A DNA stretch of 64,000 nucleotides from a virus: positions 1 through 64,000 of the IMG/VR virus record IMGVR_UViG_3300045988_169928. The stretch is one strand, 5' to 3'. Positions 55,875 through 64,000 of this stretch are shown here, piece by piece. Each line of letters begins with the position of its first letter. Position 1 is the first letter of the stretch. The position numbers and the translations under genes were made by a program. The notes under the pieces were generated by a model. It saw nothing but the letters and a program-made list of their open reading frames with translations, was not told where the DNA came from and searched no databases.

Positions 55875-56849
55875 ATGGAAAATGAAACAGTCGAACGTCT
55901 GAACCCACTCTATGTTCAGTCACAAATGAAACCAATCGAGATTAAAGGAGTTGTCCAATTAATCGAACAACACTCGATTGAAAGTATCTATGAACAGTCC
56001 TACAAGTGTCCCTGTGTCGATCCACAAACCTTACAACCAAGACCAGATTGCCCAATCTGTCATGGGCAGGGCTTTATCTTCATGCACCCTAAATCTTTGG
56101 ATATTGCTTTTGTATCTGACCAAAAACAGTTCAGTCTAAATACCCAAGGAATAGATCAAAATGGGGCAACTTTGGCAACTCCTCAAATTACTATTAACCA
56201 AGTTGAGCAAGGAATTAAACCCGGAGATCGTATTACAGTCCCCGGTTGGACTACTACTGAAAACTATATCTTCAACGTAGACCAGCAACGATTGAATAAT
56301 GGTATCTATTTACCATATAAAGTACAATCCATTAATGAAGCCTATGCCATTTCAGGTGGTAGTTTATCCCGGTTAAAAGAGGGTGATCTAACCCTTGATG
56401 GTGACTTCTTAAAAGTAACCAACGATCAACTATTGAATAGCACTATCTCCCTAAGCCTAGAGGTAGTTAAACGTTTCTATGTAGTTAGCCTTGATAAGGA
56501 ATTACGTTACCAGAAATACTTAAACCTAGCTCAAAAGTTGTGGGCGCTTGGTAATGGTACTGGCGAAATCAGCAGTGATGAAACTGATGATTATACGACC
56601 CTTAATAGTTACCTTAGTAACCAACAGGCTATGCAAATGGATAAGGTTAAATTTCCACAAGTTCAAAAACGAGATGGGAAGCTAATTGATACTGGCAAGA
56701 AACAAATCTACCGTTTGCCACCCCAGTTAAGATTAAAGCGGGAAAACTTATATTTCTCAAATATTAATCTTACTAATAAGGAAAGCAATGGTAATACAGC
56801 TATTACTGACCCACGGGTTACTGAAATGAATGACTTCTTAGGTGATTAA
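55875..56849 (+). CDS. hypothetical virion-region protein with a C4 zinc ribbon (324 aa)
   Basis: CPCVDPQTLQPRPDCPICHG motif. RBS GGTGGTGA. First gene of the rightward island. Confidence 0.55.
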   Translation: MENETVERLNPLYVQSQMKPIEIKGVVQLIEQHSIESIYEQSYKCPCVDPQTLQPRPDCPICHGQGFIFMHPKSLDIAFVSDQKQFSLNTQGIDQNGATLATPQITINQVEQGIKPGDRITVPGWTTTENYIFNVDQQRLNNGIYLPYKVQSINEAYAISGGSLSRLKEGDLTLDGDFLKVTNDQLLNSTISLSLEVVKRFYVVSLDKELRYQKYLNLAQKLWALGNGTGEISSDETDDYTTLNSYLSNQQAMQMDKVKFPQVQKRDGKLIDTGKKQIYRLPPQLRLKRENLYFSNINLTNKESNGNTAITDPRVTEMNDFLGD

Positions 56850-56851
56850 TC

Positions 56852-57565
56852 ATGGCTAGTATTGGTAACTTAATCGGGCGTGAAGGTATTAACGCTTTAA
56901 AGAAATACCTTGAAGATGATATTAGTAAAGAAAAATATGTTAATTCATATGCTAAAGGGTTACAAAAGCAACTAGAACAAACTTTTGGTAAACAAGCAAT
57001 TAAACTTAGCACTAATGGTTTGAAGGTTGCCTATAAAATAATTGAAGATACTAGTACCAATGAACAAATTAGGTTCATTGATCTAAAGCCATACTTCATG
57101 CAGTCACCCAAAGCTAAGCCAACCAAAGATGGTGGCTGGTATCTAAAGATTCCAGTTGGTGGTTTCCAATCCACTACCAAAATGCGAATGGCCTATGGAC
57201 GGTCACTGTGGGACGATATTAGCCACTTAAACTTTGGGGAAACTGGTGGCCAGAATGCTAATATTGAACGCTTTAAGAAAGTCCTTAATAGTTCTGGTGA
57301 AGGCGAGGGGGTACTAGCTTACCAATGGAAGTCCACCAACATTACCCGTATTCAATCAGGTGGTGGTAAGTATGGACACTACATTACTTTCAGAACCGTG
57401 TCCAATAAGTCCGACCCTATGAGTTGGGTTGTGGGGCGTAATGCTATGCAACAACAAGTCAACGCCCGGTCTTTTGACCCTCAAAAGGCTAAAATAATAT
57501 CTAATATCATTCGTGAAGCCATTATTAGAAACATTGAACAGTACAACCAAAAGGAGGATATGTAA
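56852..57565 (+). CDS. hypothetical protein (237 aa)
   Basis: ORF, tightly coupled to its neighbors. Confidence 0.55.
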   Translation: MASIGNLIGREGINALKKYLEDDISKEKYVNSYAKGLQKQLEQTFGKQAIKLSTNGLKVAYKIIEDTSTNEQIRFIDLKPYFMQSPKAKPTKDGGWYLKIPVGGFQSTTKMRMAYGRSLWDDISHLNFGETGGQNANIERFKKVLNSSGEGEGVLAYQWKSTNITRIQSGGGKYGHYITFRTVSNKSDPMSWVVGRNAMQQQVNARSFDPQKAKIISNIIREAIIRNIEQYNQKEDM

Positions 57566-58401
57566 TGGCCATTGTAAACGTAGATCAGTTACTATTAGAT
57601 GAAACCAATTCAATCTTAACTGGTGTCCTTGCTAATAGTAACTATCTAAAAAACAATATTCTTAATTCTCTCCCCAGTGATATGGTAGATTCATTTATTA
57701 ATGAGTATTGTACTGATAGCAATCACCTTGGAAAGAAGATTAACACCTACTTTGCCTTCCCAACTACTGCCCCAACGACCGCATTCCTCTTATTTCAATT
57801 TAAAGGGTCAGAAGAAGATGATGAATCTAGTGCCCTCGGGAGTGTTGAAGGACAAACCATCTCTAATAGTGTTGGCCAAGCTATTCATGAAAAGTTAGTT
57901 GTTAAAACCAAAAATGCAACAGCTTGGGTTGAACCTACTCAACAAATTCATAGTGTTATCTCAATCCCCCAAACCACTAATTATAACTTGCAAGATAATA
58001 AAGTTTATCTAACATATATTCCACCTTATGGTGATGGACAACACAAAATTGACCTGTATTACAATACAAAGGTTGAAAAAGATGGTTATAGCAGTCCAAT
58101 TGGTATCAATACTAATGAAGGGGTAACAATTGACTTTGTATGTAGCAACATTAGTACCATTCGTTGTTTGTCTGCTATCTTTACTTATATTCGTATATAC
58201 TTAAAACAAACCTTGGAAGAAAACTATAATGTTTACCTTCCAACAATTGAGATGAATGGTATGGACGTAATTGAAGATACTAAAAGTAATGGTTTAGATA
58301 GCCAACCACTATTCTACCGGCGCTTAACAGTTACCTACAAAGTTACCCAAACCATTGATCAGAATACTAGTCTCATTGAAAATATTAAAACAGGGTGGTA
58401 A
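57565..58401 (+). CDS. hypothetical protein (278 aa)
   Basis: The ATG overlaps the upstream stop (TAATG). Confidence 0.55.
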   Translation: MAIVNVDQLLLDETNSILTGVLANSNYLKNNILNSLPSDMVDSFINEYCTDSNHLGKKINTYFAFPTTAPTTAFLLFQFKGSEEDDESSALGSVEGQTISNSVGQAIHEKLVVKTKNATAWVEPTQQIHSVISIPQTTNYNLQDNKVYLTYIPPYGDGQHKIDLYYNTKVEKDGYSSPIGINTNEGVTIDFVCSNISTIRCLSAIFTYIRIYLKQTLEENYNVYLPTIEMNGMDVIEDTKSNGLDSQPLFYRRLTVTYKVTQTIDQNTSLIENIKTGW

Positions 58402-58404
58402 AAC

Positions 58405-58611
58405 ATGGTCGAAAAGAAAACAGAAAGCAAAGTTAAAGTATTTAGCCTAGACAAGTTTATTCAAACAGCTAAGTCACTTCCTAAGTACAAAGGAGTAACT
58501 GATATTCAATATGCGGGTTTTATCCGTTTAATGGAAACCCAAGATCGGCAGTTCAGCCTTGAAGGCGGAGCCGATTATGTAAAAGACCTAGACGCTTATC
58601 TAGGTTTGTAA
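58405..58611 (+). CDS. hypothetical protein (68 aa)
   Basis: ORF followed by the terminator. Confidence 0.45.
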   Translation: MVEKKTESKVKVFSLDKFIQTAKSLPKYKGVTDIQYAGFIRLMETQDRQFSLEGGADYVKDLDAYLGL

Positions 58612-58617
58612 ATAAAT

Positions 58618-58655
58618 AAGCACCTACCAAACTTAATGGTGGGTGCTTTTATTAT
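58618..58655. terminator. bidirectional Rho-independent terminator between convergent transcription units
   Basis: Stem agcacctacc ... ggtgggtgct with loop aaacttaat. T-runs on both sides. Confidence 0.6.
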
Positions 58656-58717
58656 GCCTGTATTTGGCCTTGAGAAGCTCATACAGCCATCTTAGATATA
58701 TGTGTGGTTAATTATAC

Positions 58718-59643
58718 CTAGATCTCGTTATAACGGTTAATCAGCTCCTCTGGAGCTACTTCGTCATCATCAAAGCCTTCAACATCATGGTAAAGACTTT
58801 GCAAGTTCTTGAGAATCTTTTGGTCATGGAAGTTAGCCTTACCATAGTAGTTGTTAATAGACTTGGTGATAACGTCCTTTAATTCACTCGCCTTAACTAC
58901 ATCTTCATCTACGGACTTAGCAACTTCATCAGAAGCAGGGTCAACCGACTTACCTTCTGGGAAGCTCTTAGATACTTCTTCCTTTTCATCTTCTTCATAG
59001 ATAGACTTAGCTACCTTGTCAATCGACTTAGCTACTTCGGCCTTCTTGCTTTCTCCGTCCGTAGACTTAGCTACTTCTTCTTCGGACTTTTCAACGCTGT
59101 CCTCTGGTTCTTCAACCGACTTTTCAACTTCCTTATCTGGATCTGGTTCCTTAACAGACTTTTCAACCATACCAAGCAAAGATTGGTTCTGAACAACGAC
59201 AGACTTAACCAAACCAATTAATTCGTTAGTAGCACCAATCAAAGACTTAACCATTTCATCGTCCTTTGGTTCATCTACTGACTTTTCAACGTCTGGGTCT
59301 ACATCTTCGGACTTCTTAGCCTTGTGACAAGATTCTTCTACTTCGTCATCTTTACTCTTGATAGCGTCCTCATCATCTGCACCATCTTCATCATCTGCAC
59401 CATCTTCATCGCCCGAATCATCAGACTTATTGGACTTCTTAGCCATCTTTTCCTTTTCCGGCTTGTCGTCTTCGTCACCGTCACCATCAGGAATTTGGCC
59501 ATCATGAATTTGAACAGATTCCTCTACTTCATCATCTTCGGCGTCATCTTTCTTGAGTTCCTTATGTTCAAGGGACTTGGCTTCGTTTTCTTCGAGGGAC
59601 TTCTTAATTTCATCAATGTGTTCAAAAACGTCTTTTAATTCCA
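58718..59643 (-). CDS. highly acidic repeat-rich protein, scaffold-like (start moved to MELKDVF)
   Basis: GGAG RBS 12 nt upstream of the ATG at 59643. It is Asp/Glu-rich with repeated VEKSV and VAKS motifs and ADDEDGADDEDGADDEDA repeats (an 18-bp DNA tandem repeat near 59380-59420). It lies directly downstream of the protease. Confidence 0.5.
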
Positions 59644-59663
59644 TATCTTTATAAATCTCCTTA

Positions 59664-60518
59664 TTAATCATTACCTGGATTGATTGAATTTTCAAGTTGT
59701 CTAAGACGATTATCTGTATCTGCTTGTTGATCAACTGTTCGCACAATTAACCGGGCGTCTGCTTCGGATAACCCACTAAATAACTGAACAAAGATAACCC
59801 TTGCGTCCTCGTCAGCGTCATTCTTATCTAATTCTTCGGCTAAACTAGTTGCCACCGTTTCCAATCCAAGTTTCTTGGCCTGCTTTAAGTTAAATACTAG
59901 ATTGTTAAAGGTGCCTAAAAAAGATTCCTTACGAAAGGCGGCCCCACCTTGAACTGTTGCACTATTTACGTCATACCCAGCAGTCATAGTTTCCATGTCT
60001 TTGATTACTTGGTCGCTACTCTTGTTTTTAGAGTTAAACAAAGACTTGTTTAGTACCTGCCAACTACAAGCGGGGTTAGCCGGGTGTGTAGTTACTGCTA
60101 CCCCAGTAATCTGAACCTGACGAATAATTGAATCATCTTCATCGTCCCGTTCAATAACTTTACCTTCAACTGAAAAACCTAAATGACGATCAATATCATT
60201 TTCCTCAATGTTTTTGTACAGCTTAATAATATTCTGTACCTGTTCCATATTAGAAAATAGCTTAGCCTCTAGAAATAAACCCTTGTTATCTAAATGTGTA
60301 TTCTCCGTTGGTACCCCGATAATCTGATCAGTATCATGTTCATAGTCGATATAACCATGATCTAACAAATATTCATAGTGAATACCATTAGGGTCAATTG
60401 TTTCTCCCTGATAATCTCTGTCCCCTGTCGATGAGTAGCCACTAATCGTAATGACTTTATCATCATCAGACTTGGCAACTTTATCAAATGGGAGAAACAC
60501 ATCAAATTTTGCCACCAA
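59664..60518 (-). CDS. prohead protease (HK97/U35-S78 family)
   Basis: ISGYSSTGDRDYQGETI and VAVTTHPANP are typical prohead protease motifs. Position within the head module fits. Confidence 0.7.
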   Translation of the reverse strand: MVAKFDVFLPFDKVAKSDDDKVITISGYSSTGDRDYQGETIDPNGIHYEYLLDHGYIDYEHDTDQIIGVPTENTHLDNKGLFLEAKLFSNMEQVQNIIKLYKNIEENDIDRHLGFSVEGKVIERDDEDDSIIRQVQITGVAVTTHPANPACSWQVLNKSLFNSKNKSSDQVIKDMETMTAGYDVNSATVQGGAAFRKESFLGTFNNLVFNLKQAKKLGLETVATSLAEELDKNDADEDARVIFVQLFSGLSEADARLIVRTVDQQADTDNRLRQLENSINPGND

Positions 60519-60622
60519 ATCACCACCAATACATACTATATACTACTAATAATATAAACACGATTAAATTATTAGCCAATAAAAAAACCTAGGTAAGATA
60601 CCTAGGCTCTTATTAGTTATAC

Positions 60623-62113
60623 CTACGACAATTCAAACAGGGATTCAGCGTCACTAGCATATAATACGTTGTGGAGCTTCACAATTCGCTTAGGGTAAAT
60701 TACCTGTAATGCGCCGTACCAGAGCATTGCAAAGTTCGTAGCAGTGGTCGTTACAGCCAGTGGGAACTTCATAATTGGTGCAAACTCAAGGTAACGAATG
60801 TTTTCTGGACGCCGGTCAAGAATGAATACGTCAGCCGTACCCGGAATAGTTTCGTTAACATCGGTGTAAGTCAAAGTCCCGTTTTGGAACTTGGACATCG
60901 GTACCCGGTCAATCAGACGGAAATCTTCATCGCCCGGTACATCAGACTTCCGGTAGATGGCTACATAGTGCGGAAGGTCAGTTACCAATGGAGAAAGAGT
61001 AATCGTAAGAGTTACCCCGTCAGTTGCGGCAGTCGGAGTAGCCGTAGCAATATCAGATGGAAGGCTGTCGTGAGCGCCAACAGCAACTACCCGATATTGA
61101 AGTTCAGTCCCTACTTCCTTGCTAAGGATTGTCCGACCCTTTGCGTCCTTCTTATCGTCAGTTAAGAAGGCACCACCTTGACCAGCAACTTGCTTAGCTT
61201 GAACCGTAGGAGCGGCCCCAGCATTAACATCTGGAGTGGATTCAGTATCAAGTACCAAGTCAAGATCCATGATAGTAGAACCATGCAGGTTAATATCCCC
61301 ATTAGCGGAGATGAACCGGGTAATATCAAACCCAACTTGCATTCCGTGGTCAGCCGGGTTCGGTTGAAGAATCCGTTGGGAACCAAGGTGTTGGTTAATG
61401 AAGTCAGCCTTGACACCAATCGGCATATAAGCGTCAGTTGCCTTCCCGTAACCACGCTTACCAATCATCGTAGCGGCTTCGTTCAGCTTACCCGGATTTA
61501 AAGCGCCACCATGAAGGTCAATGACGTTATCTTGATCCATCAGCTTGGAGATACCGTCAAATTCGTAACCTTCACCATCTTGGGTAGCAAGGTCAGAATC
61601 TCCATAGAAGGTAGCATATTCAATTGCCTTAGCAATCGTATTTACCCCACTAATTTCCAGCAGGGTTTGGGTGTCAACCGTAGTGTTAGCCCATTGCATA
61701 GCAAAGGAAGCACCCTTAGTGTCAACTACGAACTTAACGTTAACGGTCTTTTGACGTGCGTTAGGCGTGTTAACACTTAACTTAGCAATTTCTGGTTGGA
61801 ACAGTTGGTGTCCCGTCCGCCCATGGTTGTAGTATACGGTGTACTTTTGAACGGTTTGGTTAACCGGAACCCGTTCCAAGTCCTTGTAAATGGTGAAGTC
61901 ATTTTCACCAAAAGTAGTAATGTTCAGAGTTGGGTCAAGACTTTCCAACCGGTAAGCCGCCCCATCAACTTGTGTGTCGGGGGTAATACCATAACCGGCC
62001 TCTAAAGCCTTACTAATTTCTGAAACCATACCATCGTTCTTGGCAATTTCTTCGGAACGATTCGTGGACTTAAATACAGTATCCGCGTGACTCTTTGTTT
62101 CTAGCTTAGGCAT
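60623..62113 (-). CDS. major capsid protein candidate (496 aa)
   Basis: The head module has only one large gene in this slot. The gene is insulated by its own terminator (62208-62252) and strong promoter (62320-62360), which suggests high expression. No diagnostic motif was recognized, and the gene order is atypical. Confidence 0.45.
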   Translation of the reverse strand: MPKLETKSHADTVFKSTNRSEEIAKNDGMVSEISKALEAGYGITPDTQVDGAAYRLESLDPTLNITTFGENDFTIYKDLERVPVNQTVQKYTVYYNHGRTGHQLFQPEIAKLSVNTPNARQKTVNVKFVVDTKGASFAMQWANTTVDTQTLLEISGVNTIAKAIEYATFYGDSDLATQDGEGYEFDGISKLMDQDNVIDLHGGALNPGKLNEAATMIGKRGYGKATDAYMPIGVKADFINQHLGSQRILQPNPADHGMQVGFDITRFISANGDINLHGSTIMDLDLVLDTESTPDVNAGAAPTVQAKQVAGQGGAFLTDDKKDAKGRTILSKEVGTELQYRVVAVGAHDSLPSDIATATPTAATDGVTLTITLSPLVTDLPHYVAIYRKSDVPGDEDFRLIDRVPMSKFQNGTLTYTDVNETIPGTADVFILDRRPENIRYLEFAPIMKFPLAVTTTATNFAMLWYGALQVIYPKRIVKLHNVLYASDAESLFELS

Positions 62114-62207
62114 ATGTTCTAATAACTTCCTTTCATCTAGATGAATATCTATTTATTAATTCTAAGTACAATATAGATAAACCCTTGTTCTAAAATTAAT
62201 ATAAGAA

Positions 62208-62252
62208 ATTATAACAAAAACAAAAAGACCATGAACGTTAATTCATGGCCTC
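62208..62252 (-). terminator. Rho-independent terminator after the portal gene
   Basis: Stem gaccatgaa-cgttaa-ttcatggcc. On the minus strand it is followed by tttttgtttttg. Confidence 0.65.
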
Positions 62253-62319
62253 TTTGCATTGTAGAAAGACAAATCAAAGAAAAGAAAGAAGTTTTATCAC
62301 TCGGCTTGACTAAAGCCTT

Positions 62320-62360
62320 GACTATATATTAACACACTCTATCAAATTGTCAACACTTTA
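62320..62360 (-). promoter_or_regulatory. sigma70-like promoter (TTGACA-16-TGtTAATAT) for the capsid-candidate gene
   Basis: Plus tgtcaa 62348-62353 and atatta 62326-62331. Two CTTGACTA boxes sit just upstream. Confidence 0.5.
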
Positions 62361-62364
62361 TCGA

Positions 62365-63915
62365 TTATTTTTCTTTAGTTTCTTGCTTTTGCTTTTCTTC
62401 GGCCATTTCAGCACCAGATACTCCCTTGTCAGGGTTACTCTTATCCTTTTGCTGTAATTCCTTATTGGAATCTGGGTCATTTTTAGCAATGGTATTAAGG
62501 TACTGAATATAAGCAGGACTACCCGGAACATCACCATTCTCTACTGGCTTCAATCCCATCATGGCCCGACCTTCATTAATAGTTAAGCCAACTTCTTCCT
62601 TAGACTTAATTAAAGCAACTTCTTTTTCAGCCTTTTCTTCGTCACTCGGTGTGAAAATAAATTGATATTCATTATCAACATAAGCAAGAATACTGTCAGT
62701 CATTAACCGTTCAATATTCTTGAGCAAGGGAATTAAACCTGATTCCTTAGAAGCGGTTAACTTAGCTTGAGCCGTCTTACCTTCATTTAAAACAGAAGAT
62801 CCTTTACCACTACCATTTACCCCACCACGGTTATTAACATTAATTTCTTCGGGTTGAATATTAAAAACAGCACAAATCTCATTTGTTAAATACCCTAAGA
62901 ATTGGGTAAACTCCATGTCTTTAGAGTTCTGTTGCATATTAACATACTTGGCGTCATGACCAAACATGATCGGAATCTTCCAACTACCATTAACCGACTG
63001 GGCCGGGGTTAAATTACGCCGTAAGGCGTCTAGACTGGCCCGACTTCCCGTTGTTCCATCACCGGGGTCAATCAACAGCATACCCCGAGTTAAACCACCT
63101 TGGGAGAAGAAACGGGCGTTAAACTGTTCAGCATTGGTTCGGTAATTCAATTGGGGAATGGTTGCTTCCACCGGACTTTTACCATAACCACCAGAACGAA
63201 CGTTTGGTTGAGACCAGAAAGTCTTAAAGACTAAATCCTTGCTAGTATACGTGCTTTGCTTTTTGTGGTCAACATACTGGACATACGTCTTTGGGCGGTC
63301 AACAGATTTAGGGAACCGCTCAATTAAAATGTTACCAGCACTAACATGGTTAAAGTGGTTCAGTTGATTGCTAGACTTAGATTCAAAGATACGCTCAATA
63401 TTAACCTGATCAAAGACGTAGTAGTCATAGATAACCTTAGCAAGAAACTCACTAAAATTGTCACGCCAATCAAATTGATCTTTACCCGTATAATAGATAA
63501 ACCGTTCAAGTTCCTTAGAACGTTCCTGTTCCTTTTTGGTCATAGAAGAATAGGTTTTACCCTTCTTAACTACCCTAAACCCATCACCAGTTGGACTTAA
63601 ATGTGCGGGAGTAGCATAACGAACAACTTGGTTAGTTCGAGTACGGATAATTGATTGAACCAGAATATCTTCTGCATACTGGGTCAATTGGGCCTTCTTA
63701 CGCAAGAAATAGTCTTGGTCAATCTGTGTACGCTGACCACTCCTTTGGTTTTCCCGGTCATTACCAATCGTAATAGATAAATCATCTAGTCGTTGGTCAG
63801 CTTTCCCCGGAGTAAACTTCTTGGCTAAGTCATTCTGATAGGACTTAGTTAGTTCCTCTGGACTAAAGTAATTCTTTTGTTCTCTAAACATATCAAATAA
63901 TCCCATGATTATCAC
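62365..63915 (-). CDS. portal protein
   Basis: A 516-aa protein at the head of the morphogenesis module, directly upstream of the capsid-candidate and protease genes. It has charged termini, typical of portals. The call rests on position and size. Confidence 0.6.
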   Translation of the reverse strand: MIIMGLFDMFREQKNYFSPEELTKSYQNDLAKKFTPGKADQRLDDLSITIGNDRENQRSGQRTQIDQDYFLRKKAQLTQYAEDILVQSIIRTRTNQVVRYATPAHLSPTGDGFRVVKKGKTYSSMTKKEQERSKELERFIYYTGKDQFDWRDNFSEFLAKVIYDYYVFDQVNIERIFESKSSNQLNHFNHVSAGNILIERFPKSVDRPKTYVQYVDHKKQSTYTSKDLVFKTFWSQPNVRSGGYGKSPVEATIPQLNYRTNAEQFNARFFSQGGLTRGMLLIDPGDGTTGSRASLDALRRNLTPAQSVNGSWKIPIMFGHDAKYVNMQQNSKDMEFTQFLGYLTNEICAVFNIQPEEINVNNRGGVNGSGKGSSVLNEGKTAQAKLTASKESGLIPLLKNIERLMTDSILAYVDNEYQFIFTPSDEEKAEKEVALIKSKEEVGLTINEGRAMMGLKPVENGDVPGSPAYIQYLNTIAKNDPDSNKELQQKDKSNPDKGVSGAEMAEEKQKQETKEK

Positions 63916-64000
63916 TCACCAAATTCCTTTACATCTGTCACCCCATACTCACGTTGTAAGTCGGTCTGTTCTCCATTAAATAATTCCGGTGATAAAAACT

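Noticed and set aside
1-64000. Search for tRNA genes, CRISPR arrays, integrase/attachment sites and a lysis cassette
   Set aside because: No GTTCGAAT-type T-loop or cloverleaf candidates appear in any intergenic region. The direct repeats found are two or three copies without spacer periodicity, so they are not CRISPR arrays. No tyrosine or serine recombinase motifs are present. No holin or endolysin was recognized beyond the lytic transglycosylase domain inside the tape measure protein, so these probably lie outside this window.

Overview
The window is about 64 kb of a tailed, apparently virulent phage genome. The sigma-A-type promoters and the general gene content look Firmicutes/Lactobacillaceae-like. 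Almost everything is transcribed leftward on the minus strand. It falls into three blocks. (1) 1-6.8 kb holds about 15 small early or host-takeover genes. Almost every one sits behind its own strong -35/-10 promoter, in two sequence subfamilies, and several are extremely acidic or are paralogs of each other. (2) 7-30.7 kb is a DNA replication and recombination module. It encodes a DnaB-like helicase, a DnaG-like primase, SbcC- and SbcD-like nucleases, a RecA-like recombinase, a gp32-like SSB candidate, an Hjc-like resolvase candidate, a sigma-like factor, a YopX-like protein, a four-member hexapeptide-repeat beta-helix paralog family and a self-contained Zn-ribbon/Vsr-like endonuclease cassette. 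It is preceded by a structured leader that carries direct repeats and a terminator. (3) 31-64 kb is the morphogenesis module. It contains a portal, a 496-aa capsid candidate, an HK97-type prohead protease, an acidic scaffold-like protein and tail chaperones with a probable +1 frameshift at a G6 run. It also contains a tape measure protein with a lytic-transglycosylase domain, an NrdH-like redoxin, and a P2/T4-type baseplate set: a large hub-like protein, a LysM protein, a baseplate J protein and a DUF2313-like receptor-binding protein. The last tail gene encodes a 2754-aa protein that joins a gpV/gp5-like spike N-terminus to six collagen-like repeat modules. A four-gene rightward island with its own terminator interrupts this module. 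I found no tRNA, CRISPR array, integrase, lysis cassette, or recognizable sheath or tube gene, so the tail type is unresolved. Domain calls come from motifs recognized by eye, not from database searches.
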